Below are positions 10,309 through 20,063 of a stretch of 64,000 bases of DNA, piece after piece. The position numbers were made by a program, and so were the translations under genes. Below the pieces are notes generated by a model. The model was not told the DNA's origin. It did no database searches and worked only from the letters and a program-made list of their open reading frames with translations. How positions within the stretch are numbered: the first letter of the stretch is position 1; each line of letters starts with the position of its first letter. Origin of the DNA: Terrimicrobiaceae bacterium (GTDB taxonomy: Bacteria > Verrucomicrobiota > Verrucomicrobiia > Chthoniobacterales > Terrimicrobiaceae); the NCBI GenBank assembly GCA_041746635.1, contig JBGTGQ010000034.1, positions 17,309-81,308 of the forward strand, read 5' to 3'.

Positions 10309-10790
10309 GCCGTCTTTTTTACCGAACGGGCCGGATTCCCCGCGACCACATCGCCGGGTGCAACATCGCGCAAAACCACGGAGCCCGCCCCGATCACCGC
10401 GCCCTCACCAACCTTCACCCCGCCGAGGATCACCACATTGCACCCCACGTCCACGTTGTCTCCCAGCACCGGGGCCGCGCCGCTTTTCTCCCCGAGCGTG
10501 GTGCAGTGCCGCAGCGTGCAGTTTTTTCCCACGACGCTTTTCTCATGCACAACCAGGCCCATGCCGTGATAAAGTCGCAAACCGGGGCCGAGGCGGGATT
10601 TCAGGTTTAACTCGATCCCCATCCCCCACTCGACCAACACCACATAAAGGGCTGTCACCGGAAGCCCCAGCCAGCGCAGCGGCACCGGTTCCTGCGACAA
10701 CGCTTGCGCCGCACGGTAAAGCAACAATGCGCCCTGGCTTTTCCAGTTGCCGCGGTTGGCTTCCCAGTCTTGCAGGATGGCATCTTTCAT
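10305..10790 (-). CDS. hexapeptide-repeat O-acetyltransferase (serine acetyltransferase-like)
   Basis: Left-handed beta-helix repeats ([46 protein letters not shown]). Confidence 0.8.
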   Translation of the reverse strand: MKDAILQDWEANRGNWKSQGALLLYRAAQALSQEPVPLRWLGLPVTALYVVLVEWGMGIELNLKSRLGPGLRLYHGMGLVVHEKSVVGKNCTLRHCTTLGEKSGAAPVLGDNVDVGCNVVILGGVKVGEGAVIGAGSVVLRDVAPGDVVAGNPARSVKKTA

Positions 10791-10808
10791 TTAGCGTGCG
10801 GGAGTTTC

Positions 10809-11780
10809 ATGCAGGTCTCTTTCTATTTTCCGGAAAAGTATTTGCCGGATCCCGCCCGGCAGGAAGCTTGGAAAGAAGGGAAAATCACCCTCCTCGAACA
10901 CGGCGGGAAGATCGCCAGCGCGCAATCCTGGATTTATCAAACATGGGCGGCCTTGCAGCGCGCGGGAGTGGATGCCAAACTGACCGCCGAAATTCCCGGT
11001 GAAGGGATTTTGCTCGGGCTGAGCGGATTTTTCAACGACACCTTCCGCGCGCCCGAAGGGGTCTTTTTTGCGGGCATCGTGGCCGACTACCTGCCCCATC
11101 CCGGCGCGCACCTTCACATTCTGCAAAATCCCGCCTACGCCAAGCGTCTGGCTCACTCGGTCTATATGCCCCACTGGCCGCACCCGAATCTGATTCCGCG
11201 CGAGCCGGGCCGGGGCGATATTTTTGAGACCGTTTGCTTTTTTGGTGATGAGCAAAACCTCGCTCCGGAATTAAAAGACCCCGCTTGGATTCGACAACTC
11301 AATGACATGGGGCTTAAGTTGGAAGTTTGCAGTTCCGACCGCTGGCACGACTACAGCGACGCTGATTGTGTGATTGCCCTTCGGGGCTTTAGCAGCTCAC
11401 GTTACCTGCACAAACCGGCGACCAAACTTTACAACGCCTGGCTGGCCGGGGTTCCATTTATTGGCGGGAGGGATTCCGCCTACGCAGGCGATGGCCGGAT
11501 CGGAGTGGATTTTCTGCAAGCCGCTTCGCCCGCGGACCTGCTGGCCCAAATCCGTCGCCTGAAGGACGACGTCTTTTTGCGCCAGAAATTAGTGTCCGCC
11601 GGACACGAGGCCAGCCGGAACTTTAACTCATCCTCCATTCTTGAGCGCTGGAAAAAACTGCTCGATCAGGATCTTCCGATTCTCGCACAGCGATGGAGGG
11701 AACGCTCCGCATTTTCCCGGCGGGAGTTTTTCTTTTCACAAGCGACCACCGTGTGGCTTGATCGCAAACTCAGGCGTTGA
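10809..11780 (+). CDS. hypothetical protein; C-terminal half resembles a GT-B-type transferase; only plus-strand gene inside the locus
   Basis: Protein-like composition from the ATG at 10809 (MQVSFYFPEKY). The longer ORF from 10704 overlaps the divergent gene. Block DCVIALRGF...KPATKLYNAWLAGVPFIGG. Confidence 0.55.
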   Translation: MQVSFYFPEKYLPDPARQEAWKEGKITLLEHGGKIASAQSWIYQTWAALQRAGVDAKLTAEIPGEGILLGLSGFFNDTFRAPEGVFFAGIVADYLPHPGAHLHILQNPAYAKRLAHSVYMPHWPHPNLIPREPGRGDIFETVCFFGDEQNLAPELKDPAWIRQLNDMGLKLEVCSSDRWHDYSDADCVIALRGFSSSRYLHKPATKLYNAWLAGVPFIGGRDSAYAGDGRIGVDFLQAASPADLLAQIRRLKDDVFLRQKLVSAGHEASRNFNSSSILERWKKLLDQDLPILAQRWRERSAFSRREFFFSQATTVWLDRKLRR

Positions 11781-12765
11781 GATAGCGTGCCGCCAGCCAG
11801 CCCACGGTTGAAAAAAAGTCGCTTTGCAACGCTACGCCAATTTCTCGCAGGGCGGAACTTTTGTTCTGGGCCAGGAGCGAACCGGCCGCTTTGAGATGAT
11901 GCAGGGCTACCGTTCGGGAAAGATCGCTGGTTGACGAACCCGGGAACTTCCTTCGTTCCGTATCATAGAGGTTCCAAAACGCATCGCGGTTTTCAGGATC
12001 AAGTCCCTCGCGAAAACAAGCCAGCAGCCGGTGTTCGGACGGATCGAGTTTCCTGCCGAAAACGCGTTCGCTTTCCCGCCGGGAAATTTGTTCCGCCTCG
12101 GCAAAAGCGCGTTCGCGGCCGGTCTTGGACAACGAACTTGCCAAATGGCGATAGCCCACCAGTCTTTGTGGAAGGTTGGCGGTTTGATGTCTCGCCACCA
12201 CCCGGGTCCAGAGGTCGTAATCCTGCGCGATGCGGAAGTGTTCGTCGTAACCGCCAAATTCATCGCGGACGACCTGCGGGCGGAACATCACCGAAGTGTG
12301 CATGAAGGGATTGAGAAATGGCGCGGTCCATTCGATGGCTCCGTGGGTGAGTGGCGCATCCAGCAGCCCGACCAGGCGGTCCTGGTCGTCAATGATGCGG
12401 CCGTTGGTTCCAAGCAAGACCACATCGGGATGAATGGTGGTGAATTGATGCTGCTCCGAAAGCCGCAGCGGATGCGAAAGATCGTCCGCGTCCTGCCGGG
12501 CGATCCATTTGCCCCGGGCCAGACGCAATCCCTGATTCAGACACGGGGTCTGGCCTTTGTTCGTTTCATTGCGAATCAGACGGATGCGAGGGTCCTGGCG
12601 CGCCCACTTTTCCACCACCGCAACCGAACCGTCGGTCGAGGCGTCATCCACGATGAGAAATTCAAAATTCCGAAAGGCCTGCCCGGTGATGCTGCGAATC
12701 GAGGGATCGAGAAAACGACCGGCATTAAAAACCGTCATCAACACCGTGATGGCCGGATCGCTCAT
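11770..12765 (-). CDS. glycosyltransferase family 2
   Basis: ITVLMTVFNAGRFLDPSIRSITGQAFRNFEFLIVDDASTDGS and a DADD motif. The ATG at 12765 forms an ATGA overlap with the upstream stop (the longest ORF runs to 12807). Confidence 0.85.
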   Translation of the reverse strand: MSDPAITVLMTVFNAGRFLDPSIRSITGQAFRNFEFLIVDDASTDGSVAVVEKWARQDPRIRLIRNETNKGQTPCLNQGLRLARGKWIARQDADDLSHPLRLSEQHQFTTIHPDVVLLGTNGRIIDDQDRLVGLLDAPLTHGAIEWTAPFLNPFMHTSVMFRPQVVRDEFGGYDEHFRIAQDYDLWTRVVARHQTANLPQRLVGYRHLASSLSKTGRERAFAEAEQISRRESERVFGRKLDPSEHRLLACFREGLDPENRDAFWNLYDTERRKFPGSSTSDLSRTVALHHLKAAGSLLAQNKSSALREIGVALQSDFFSTVGWLAARYLNA

Positions 12766-13847
12766 GAAAGCAGATTTTGAAATATCTCCCGATGACGGGC
12801 CAACCACTTCTCGCCATCGAAGGTTTTCTCCGCATGCCGTCGCGCCGCTTGGGAAAACTCGGAGAGGCGCGGAAGAATTTCGGTCACGGCGGTGGCAAGT
12901 TCGTCCGGGCGCGGAGTGAGCAATTTATCCCAGTTCACTGAAGAAGGGATCAGTACTCCGCAATCCGACGGAACCATTTCCGGCAGACCGCCCGTGCCGG
13001 AGCCAACCACGGGCAGGCCGCTGGCCAGAGCCTCGATCACAACCGTGGGACAGGGATCGAGGTATTTGGGATGAAGCAAAATGTGATGCGTGCGATAAAA
13101 TTCCGCCGCCTCATCCTGGGTGAAGGCGGGATGAAGTTTCACGAAATCACGCAGTCCCAGACTCTCCACATATCGGGCAATGGCCTGATCAGCCTTCGGC
13201 CAAAGCAGGCGGCCGGCCACGGTGAGAGTGACCGCGGTGCCGGCATCGCGCAGGATCTTCACGCACTCGATGGCGGAAAGTACCCGGTGCGAATAATTCT
13301 GCGTGCCCAAAGCCAGCAGGCGCACCGGCGCGGGGGGAAGAGGGGTTGTCCCCGGGCGGAATTTTTGTAAATCGACCGGATTGAAAAGCACGGTCTGGGG
13401 TTGCGAACCGGGTCCAAGGAATTTTTCCGCGGAGGTGCGGCAAAATTCGCTTTGGTGGATGACAAAATCCGCCTGCGCGCGCAGCCGCCGCATGGGCACG
13501 TTGTGGCGCTCCGTCTCCCGCCCGGCCCAGGCCGGATAACCGACGCCGTTTTGGTTCCAAACAAAACGAATCCCCCGGGCTCGGCAGATGCGCACTAGAT
13601 CAGCGGCAAAATCTGGTTGGGAACTGCTGACCAGGTAAAGAAGGTTAAAGCGGGTTTCGTTCCCGGCGAATGCTTCCCGCAAGTGGAGCAATTTCACCGC
13701 GCCGCCGTGAACCAATCCCCCGTGATCCAAGACGCCGCCAAAGGATAGAACAGGCTGCGGGTCGTCCGAGCGTTCGATTGCGGCGATGACCTGGGCATGA
13801 CGAGCCCGGCGGGGAGCATCCAGGATCGCGCGGAGGAAGCTGCGCAT
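12762..13847 (-). CDS. glycosyltransferase family 4 (GT-B)
   Basis: C-terminal LHPKYLDPCPTVVIEALASGLPVVGSGTGGLPEMV block. Confidence 0.8.
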   Translation of the reverse strand: MRSFLRAILDAPRRARHAQVIAAIERSDDPQPVLSFGGVLDHGGLVHGGAVKLLHLREAFAGNETRFNLLYLVSSSQPDFAADLVRICRARGIRFVWNQNGVGYPAWAGRETERHNVPMRRLRAQADFVIHQSEFCRTSAEKFLGPGSQPQTVLFNPVDLQKFRPGTTPLPPAPVRLLALGTQNYSHRVLSAIECVKILRDAGTAVTLTVAGRLLWPKADQAIARYVESLGLRDFVKLHPAFTQDEAAEFYRTHHILLHPKYLDPCPTVVIEALASGLPVVGSGTGGLPEMVPSDCGVLIPSSVNWDKLLTPRPDELATAVTEILPRLSEFSQAARRHAEKTFDGEKWLARHREIFQNLLS

Positions 13848-14728
13848 CAGGAAAGCTCGGCCCGGATGAGGTTTTCAATAGCAGCCCGCACATCCTGTCG
13901 CGCCCGCCAACCGGTGGCGGCGAACAGCTTTTTGGCCGAAAGCAGGGTGCGCTCGACATCCCAGGAAAAATGCGGCGTTTCATTCACCGCCAGCGTTTTT
14001 CCGGCGATCCGCTCGACCAGGCCGATGATCTCGCGCAGGGAAAGCGATTCTTCCGAGGACACATTGAATGTTCCGGTCAGTCGGTGGTCCAGAACCACCC
14101 GAATGGCCGCAAAAAAATCGGCACTAAAAAGGTAATCCTTGGTAGCCGTGCCGTCGCCCCAGATGGGAAGAGGCCGGCCGGAATGCGCGGCCTCGCAAAG
14201 ACGTGGGATGATGCCCTGCGGTTTGGGGGAGTGATCGGGAAATCCGAAAACATTCGAGATTCTCAGTACGCAATTCGGCAATGGGGAGAGCGCGGCGGCC
14301 GCTTCACGAAGCAAATCTTCGGCCCGGAGTTTCGCCGCTGCGTATTGGCCCCGCGGAGAACAGGGCGTCTCTTCCGAGGCAGGCTGGTCGCAATTTCCAT
14401 AAACCGCCGTTGTGGAAAAAAAGACGAAATGGGGAGAATGCGGAACCTTTCTTAGTGTTTCCACCAGCCGGCGGAGAAACGGAATATCCCTTTCTTCCTC
14501 ACCGCCGGGATTTTGCTCGGAGGTCAACGGTACACTGCTCCACGCCAGGTGAAGGATGGCATCGAAGCTGGTGACGAGGTCCGGCTCCGTCAGGCTGGCG
14601 ATGGCGGAATGACCGTCTCCTTCGCTGCGCGAAAAGCTGGTCACCGCGCATCCCTGCGCGCGCAAGTCGGCGGCGATTAAGGGCGCTAGTCTGCCGCGTC
14701 CTCCGGTGATGGCAATTTTTCGCATCAT
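13847..14728 (-). CDS. NAD-dependent epimerase/dehydratase (SDR)
   Basis: Rossmann motif KIAITGGRGRLAP and a YAAAK catalytic motif. The ATG at 14728 forms an ATGA overlap (the longest ORF starts at a TTG at 14740). Confidence 0.8.
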   Translation of the reverse strand: MMRKIAITGGRGRLAPLIAADLRAQGCAVTSFSRSEGDGHSAIASLTEPDLVTSFDAILHLAWSSVPLTSEQNPGGEEERDIPFLRRLVETLRKVPHSPHFVFFSTTAVYGNCDQPASEETPCSPRGQYAAAKLRAEDLLREAAAALSPLPNCVLRISNVFGFPDHSPKPQGIIPRLCEAAHSGRPLPIWGDGTATKDYLFSADFFAAIRVVLDHRLTGTFNVSSEESLSLREIIGLVERIAGKTLAVNETPHFSWDVERTLLSAKKLFAATGWRARQDVRAAIENLIRAELS

Positions 14729-15918
14729 CCGCGAAACCAAGCAATGTCGGCCGCACTGCGTGTGAGCGCATCCCGGTCGAGGCCGGGGGCGAGCGGGGTT
14801 CCGACCGGCAGAATGCCGGCAGGGGGCTCACATTTCCGCACTTGGGCCTCGGCGGCGGGTGTTTCCGCCCAGCGGGTTTTGAGTTGATGAAACACCGCGT
14901 GGGTGCCGCTGCGCAGAATGGAAGACACCTTCACTCCGCCCTTGGGAAGAGTCGCGTAAGCAGCGAGCAGACCGTCTTTCACGTGTTCCAAGGAATAATC
15001 CCGCAAGGCCCTTTCGCGGATGGATTCCGCCAGGGGTTTCACCGCTTCCGCCCGCCCCACCGCCTCCTCCACCGAACGATAAAGAGCATCCTCCGGGAGG
15101 GCGTCGCGGGACATGCCCACCGGAGTGCTGAGCACGGGGCGACCGGCGAAAAGCGCTTCGATGACCGAATAGGGTCCGCCTTCCCAGCGCGAGGAAATCA
15201 CGCAAACGTCCAAGGCTTGATAGAGGCGATTGAGTTGTTTGCGATCGAGAATGTTGGTCTCGTAATCGTCGCCTTCCCGAACCTGACCGATGAAACGATA
15301 GGGAATATCGGCGCGCTCAAGTTCACGACGCAGCCAGTGACGACGCGGACCCGCCAGCAAAACCATGGTGCGCGGCCGGCGGCGATGCAGCTCGCGGGCG
15401 ATCTCAAAAAAAATGTCGGGACCTTTCTGCGCCTTGGGTTTTCCCAGGTTGCCACCTTCGGAATCGCGATGAAAATTCCCGATCACGAAGGCGTCATCAG
15501 GAAGTCCGCATTCGCGGCGGATGGAAGCCTGGTCAGGCAGCGGCCGAAAAACCTGCGGGTCAATGCAGTAGGGAACTTGAGCCACCCTCAACCCGAGAGA
15601 GGCGAACTGACCTGCGGCCTCCCGCGAACGCGCAATCCAGAGATCAACCCGGCGGGCGGCCCAGGCGAAACCCGGCTGGGTCAGATAAAGTGCCGGAGGA
15701 TTGTCGGCAAAACACACCACGGTTTTGCCCGCCAGGGCCGCGTCCCCGATGGCCGCGAGCGCCGGCCACCAGGCGGCATGCACGATGCGCGCGGAAGCCA
15801 GACCGGTCTCACGGATTTTTCCCGCCAGCGCCTCCCGCGCCCAGCGTAAATCTTCATCGAGTGCCCAGGCAACTTTCTGCCCCCCGGCAAAGTGGACATG
15901 CCAGCGCGGGCCGTTCAC
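14725..15918 (-). CDS. glycosyltransferase family 4-like (GT-B)
   Basis: SSRWEGGPYSVIEALFAGRPVLSTPVG block. The GTG at 15918 forms a GTGA overlap with the upstream stop. The Arg-rich 72-codon extension to 16134 overlaps the upstream gene and is rejected. Confidence 0.75.
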   Translation of the reverse strand: MNGPRWHVHFAGGQKVAWALDEDLRWAREALAGKIRETGLASARIVHAAWWPALAAIGDAALAGKTVVCFADNPPALYLTQPGFAWAARRVDLWIARSREAAGQFASLGLRVAQVPYCIDPQVFRPLPDQASIRRECGLPDDAFVIGNFHRDSEGGNLGKPKAQKGPDIFFEIARELHRRRPRTMVLLAGPRRHWLRRELERADIPYRFIGQVREGDDYETNILDRKQLNRLYQALDVCVISSRWEGGPYSVIEALFAGRPVLSTPVGMSRDALPEDALYRSVEEAVGRAEAVKPLAESIRERALRDYSLEHVKDGLLAAYATLPKGGVKVSSILRSGTHAVFHQLKTRWAETPAAEAQVRKCEPPAGILPVGTPLAPGLDRDALTRSAADIAWFRG

Positions 15919-16889
15919 GGGGTGCAAAGGAGCGATTGCACGATGCGGCGGTATTGCACGGCCATCAGGTCGCCGGAGGGAGCCTCGCGCAAAACCCGGT
16001 TTCTTAACTCTCGGTAACGGCGCTTCATCTCCTCGACCGCAGCGGGTAGATCGTCGCGAAAGGACACGCCAAATTTTTCCCCGAGCTCTACCGTTCCCCC
16101 GGTGTCTGCGTGATAAAGCAAGGGCATGCCGCATTGCATGGACTCGACGGGATGCATCGCTCCCGGCTCAAAGCGCGAGGCGGTGATGCCGACGTGACAT
16201 TGCCGCAGGAGCGCGGCCAGGGCGTGTCCGGAGACCGCAGGAAAGGTGCGGGCGGTGCGCCAGGAAATCTCCTTGGGCCAACGGCCCACGATCCAGAGTT
16301 CGACATCGCGAATGACACCGTCCGCGATCAAGCCATCGAGTTGGGCATAAACATCGAAACCCTTGCCGGGGTTGTCCGACCAATGATGGGTGACCAGCCG
16401 CAATGGTTCCGCGCCGGACCAGTGGGCCGCTCCGACCGGATGAAAGACGGCGGGATCGGCTCCATTGCTGATGACGGTGTGGGGTTTGGCGGGATCGAAC
16501 CAGCGGGACGCGTGATAATCGCGCAGCCAGGCGGAAACAAAAACCGTATGGTCGGCGGCGCGGTTGGACTCCGCGAGCAGACGGTCCATTTCCCCGGTGC
16601 CCTTGCGGGCATCGTTGTCGTTGATGCGCTGAATGCAAACGAGACGGGGATTGCGCTCTTTGGCACGAAGAACATCGTCGTAGGAAAAGGTGAGTCCGTT
16701 GCTGAGTCCGACATGGGTGCCCAACACGCAATCAACCCGTGGGGTCAACTCGTGGGCCACGGCATATCCGGAGCGCGCCAAATACGGGGAAACCTGCATC
16801 AGCCATTGGTTGCCCCCGCCATAGGGTCCCTTTTTGGGCTTCATGTTAAAAGCCACGGTGGCTAAAGATTTGGGTTGGGAAAAAATCAT
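15915..16889 (-). CDS. glycosyltransferase, GT4-like (GT-B)
   Basis: ITASRFEPGAMHPVESMQCGMPLL (E-x7-E-like). ATGA overlap at 16886-16889. Confidence 0.7.
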   Translation of the reverse strand: MIFSQPKSLATVAFNMKPKKGPYGGGNQWLMQVSPYLARSGYAVAHELTPRVDCVLGTHVGLSNGLTFSYDDVLRAKERNPRLVCIQRINDNDARKGTGEMDRLLAESNRAADHTVFVSAWLRDYHASRWFDPAKPHTVISNGADPAVFHPVGAAHWSGAEPLRLVTHHWSDNPGKGFDVYAQLDGLIADGVIRDVELWIVGRWPKEISWRTARTFPAVSGHALAALLRQCHVGITASRFEPGAMHPVESMQCGMPLLYHADTGGTVELGEKFGVSFRDDLPAAVEEMKRRYRELRNRVLREAPSGDLMAVQYRRIVQSLLCTP

Positions 16890-17848
16890 GTCGTCGCTGG
16901 AAGAATCTCGCTCACCACGGTGGTGTTCATGCTGGCCTTGAGCATATTCCCGTCCGCATCAAGCGGAAGTTGGAAACCAACCGGACGCACCCAGTTTTCA
17001 AAGCAAAGCGGGAAGCCGTTTTCTCCGGGGGGAAGGTTTTCCTCGCGCAGAATTTCATAATAAAAATCTCCGGTCGGAGGGGTGTATTTTCCGTAACGTT
17101 TCCCACCGCGCACCTTGGCCTTGCAGCCAAGTTCGTCGTTGATAATGTCAGCCGCGACCGGCTTCATCAGAGCGGCTTGCTGCCAGTTTTGTCCGCTACA
17201 TTGGAAACGATGGATCATGTCATCCTCCGCGCCGAGGGAGGAATCAATCAGGCTCGATTCCGCCTTGGTTTTCCAGGGACCGAGGGTTCTCCAATGATCG
17301 AGGCGGGTGAGGGAGGGAATGCCCGAACCGATCACACCGGGCAGCCGCCAGCCGAAGGTTCTTAAGGTGCCGCGGGTTTGCGGAAAACGAAACCCGAGCG
17401 GGCGGCGACGGAGTTCTCCCACGATGGGAAACATGTCGGATCTTTGCAGGGGCCCATGGAGACGAAGGTTGGTTTTCCGGCGAAGAAAGTTCAGGCCGAC
17501 CGAGCCAATCCAAGGGGCGCCTTCCAGCGTTTCGATCAGGCGAACGAGCCAATCTCCCTCGACCACAAACTGGACGTCCTCGGGCCAGAGCAGGAGGTAC
17601 TTGCCGGTGGCACGGGCGACGATTTCGTTCATCGCCTCGGCATGGGTCTGGGTGCGAAACCATTTGTGCGCGATCCCCTCGAGGGACGTGATGTACTCGC
17701 GCAGGCCGGGCTCGATGGATTCGTTATCGCTGATGATCCATTCGAGGTCGGGGTGACGCAGACAGCGCCGGGCGGACTCCACCGTCGCGCGCAAATAATG
17801 CAGACGGTTCCAACTCAGAATCGCCACGGTGGCACGCGGCGTGCTCAT
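16886..17848 (-). CDS. glycosyltransferase family 2-like (GT-A)
   Basis: ATVAILSWNRLHYLRATVESARRCL...WIISDNES. The ATG at 17848 forms an ATGA overlap. The upstream 78-codon R/P-rich extension is rejected. Confidence 0.7.
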   Translation of the reverse strand: MSTPRATVAILSWNRLHYLRATVESARRCLRHPDLEWIISDNESIEPGLREYITSLEGIAHKWFRTQTHAEAMNEIVARATGKYLLLWPEDVQFVVEGDWLVRLIETLEGAPWIGSVGLNFLRRKTNLRLHGPLQRSDMFPIVGELRRRPLGFRFPQTRGTLRTFGWRLPGVIGSGIPSLTRLDHWRTLGPWKTKAESSLIDSSLGAEDDMIHRFQCSGQNWQQAALMKPVAADIINDELGCKAKVRGGKRYGKYTPPTGDFYYEILREENLPPGENGFPLCFENWVRPVGFQLPLDADGNMLKASMNTTVVSEILPATT

Positions 17849-18636
17849 GGAAAAAACGATCCGGTCTCCACGTTGAGTAGCGGACCCTGGCAGTAATGAT
17901 CTCTTTTCCAACGGGACGGGGTACCCCGACCTCGCAGGCGATTGACCAGGTGGCGGAGTTTTCCGCGCAGGCCGCCCCGGTGGATTTCCATGATGTTTTC
18001 TCGCACGGCCGCGCCGGCGTATTCCCGGCTGCTGCGGGGCAGAAAACACAAATGCAGGCAACGCAGCGGCGATGCGTCCCACTCCAATTCGTCCTGAAGG
18101 TTACGTTTCATCGCGTCATGGAATCCGGGTTGAAAGCGAATCGTTCCCCCATGGAGACGTTCGACCGTGTCGCCGTCCCAGGAGGCAATGGCGGCAAAGT
18201 TATAAAGCTTGGTGATGCTGCGGCTGGGCGGGGCGGCGTGTCCCCGGGCGCGTCCGGCCTCCAATTCCAGACAATGCAGGACATTACCCTTCATGCGCCA
18301 GATCGTATCGAACTCCCCGGCGAGCAAGCGTTCGCGAAAAATGCCAAGCCCGGACGGGTCATAAATTTCGTCGCCATCCACGCCGAAAATCCAAGTTCGT
18401 GTGCCAACAAACGGCTTCAACAATTCGTGGGACTGCGACGGATGGGTGAGCGGATGAAACGAAGCGTGGGGAATTTCCTCCGCCAATCCCCGCAGGACAT
18501 CGGCCGTGCGGTCGTCGGAACGGTCGTCGCAGAGCATAAGGGTGTCGCAAAAGGCGGCGACGTTGCGCACGGCGCGCGCCACAAATACATCCTCGTTGCG
18601 AACCAGGACAATGCCGACAATGCGGGGAGGTTCCAA
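17845..18636 (-). CDS. glycosyltransferase family 2-like (GT-A)
   Basis: IVGIVLVRNEDVFVARAV...CDDRSDDRT...FGVDGDEIY (DxD). Apparent TTG start 2 nt after the upstream stop. Confidence 0.65.
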   Translation of the reverse strand: MEPPRIVGIVLVRNEDVFVARAVRNVAAFCDTLMLCDDRSDDRTADVLRGLAEEIPHASFHPLTHPSQSHELLKPFVGTRTWIFGVDGDEIYDPSGLGIFRERLLAGEFDTIWRMKGNVLHCLELEAGRARGHAAPPSRSITKLYNFAAIASWDGDTVERLHGGTIRFQPGFHDAMKRNLQDELEWDASPLRCLHLCFLPRSSREYAGAAVRENIMEIHRGGLRGKLRHLVNRLRGRGTPSRWKRDHYCQGPLLNVETGSFFP

Positions 18637-18638
18637 AT

Positions 18639-19184
18639 TCAGTAGCCGATCATGCGCTGAATCTCATCCGGCTCGATCGCCCGGATGATCTTTGCGGGGT
18701 TGCCCGCGGCGAGCGAGTTGGACGGGATGTCCGTATTCACCAGGCTGCCTGCGCCGATGATGACATTGTCCCCGATGGAAATCGCGCCGAGAACGATCGC
18801 GCCGGTGCCAAGGAAAACGTTCTTTCCAATTCGCGGACGTCCGGTCCGGTATTCGTGGCCAATGGTGACATTGTGGAAAACGTAAAGATTTTCCCCGATT
18901 TCCTCGGCATTGAGCACAATCCGTCCCCAGTGCGGCATGATCACGCCGCCGCCCAAGCGTGGAGTGAGAATTTCCAACCCCGAACGCAGGGCGCTGCGCC
19001 GGTGGATGTCCTCACAAAACCGCCGCAGAAGGCCCGGGTTCGCCTCGACCAGACGATACCAGACGAGGGTGCGATATTGCGGATGCCCGAGGTAAAACCT
19101 CAGTTTCCACCACCACGAACGATCGTGGGATTTTTTCAGGCGGCGATCAACGTCGGCGCGCAAAGCGGGCGGAAACAAATCCAT
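18639..19184 (-). CDS. hexapeptide-repeat O-acetyltransferase (WcaB/CysE-like)
   Basis: Beta-helix repeats IGKNVFLGTGAIVLGAISIGDNVIIGAGSLVNTDIPSNSLAAGNPA. Confidence 0.8.
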   Translation of the reverse strand: MDLFPPALRADVDRRLKKSHDRSWWWKLRFYLGHPQYRTLVWYRLVEANPGLLRRFCEDIHRRSALRSGLEILTPRLGGGVIMPHWGRIVLNAEEIGENLYVFHNVTIGHEYRTGRPRIGKNVFLGTGAIVLGAISIGDNVIIGAGSLVNTDIPSNSLAAGNPAKIIRAIEPDEIQRMIGY

Positions 19185-19187
19185 GGT

Positions 19188-20063
19188 TCAGGCGAGGCGC
19201 TGCCGCCAAAACGTCAGCGCGCCCTCGGTAAAAAGCGCATCATTTTTGAAGGCTCCCACATAGTGCCGGCACACGGCGGAGCGGCGGCGAAAGTTTGTCC
19301 AACTGATTTCGTATTCCCTCGGCAGCAAACCTCCGCCTTGTTTCCAGGCGGAACCGAAAACGCAAAAGAGAGTTTGTTCGAGAAAGCAATACTCGCGGGC
19401 CGTCGGCGCACAGCGTTGGAGAAACTTTTCGGCCAGGGTCAGATCAGCCGCCGCTTTGGGCATGAGGTCAAGGCCGCTATTGGCCCGTTCCCAGAGGGGA
19501 AAACCCATGTCTTTTTCCAAGTCGGCCCGGGCGGCGGAATACTTTTCGCGCGTGTCTTCCATCAGCCAGAGGGTCTCATCATTACGGGCCATCCATTGCA
19601 AAAGAAAATCCGGCCGCCGAAAGAAGACGATGTCGCTATCAAGGACAATATACCGCTCATGCGGAGCATAGTGGCGCGTGTCGAAGACTTTGAGAAACCA
19701 ATGGTGCTTGAGGCGGTTTTCGCGACAGACCGGATGCTCCCGCAAGCCTTCCGAGACAGCCTGATCCGCCTCCGCACGACGGATCACCCTTGCGTCCGGA
19801 AAATGCGACAGCAACTCGCGCGCGTCGTCGTCAGTCAGGGAACCGTCGTCGTGAAAAATGGGGGCCCAATGCTGACGGGTATGAAACTCCAGACTGCGCA
19901 TCGCGAGCAACCCCATCAGAAGCATGTCGTGCGAAATGACCATGTGCAGCGAGACAGCAGCTGGTGGCGAGCTAAGGGACTCTCGCCGGCGGACGGCGTG
20001 GCGGGCGGCCCGCCGGCCAAGGTTGATCCAGCCCCGACGGACAAAAGCAGGGAGGATTTTCAT
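19188..20063 (-). CDS. hypothetical protein, possible GT-A/GT8-like nucleotide-sugar transferase
   Basis: Protein-like composition. RYIVLDSDIVFF looks like a DxD block. ATGA overlap with the upstream gene. Confidence 0.45.
   Translation of the reverse strand: MKILPAFVRRGWINLGRRAARHAVRRRESLSSPPAAVSLHMVISHDMLLMGLLAMRSLEFHTRQHWAPIFHDDGSLTDDDARELLSHFPDARVIRRAEADQAVSEGLREHPVCRENRLKHHWFLKVFDTRHYAPHERYIVLDSDIVFFRRPDFLLQWMARNDETLWLMEDTREKYSAARADLEKDMGFPLWERANSGLDLMPKAAADLTLAEKFLQRCAPTAREYCFLEQTLFCVFGSAWKQGGGLLPREYEISWTNFRRRSAVCRHYVGAFKNDALFTEGALTFWRQRLA

Noticed and set aside
15919-16134. N-terminal extensions of the longest ORFs. Examples: 14725..16134, 16886..18082, 20983..22257, 40418..41854, 43181..44830, 48120..49271 and 55362..56669.
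   Set aside because: The extensions overlap the upstream gene and are Arg/Pro-rich. In each case an internal ATG or GTG gives a canonical family N-terminus, usually in an ATGA/GTGA overlap with the upstream stop or a few nt after it.
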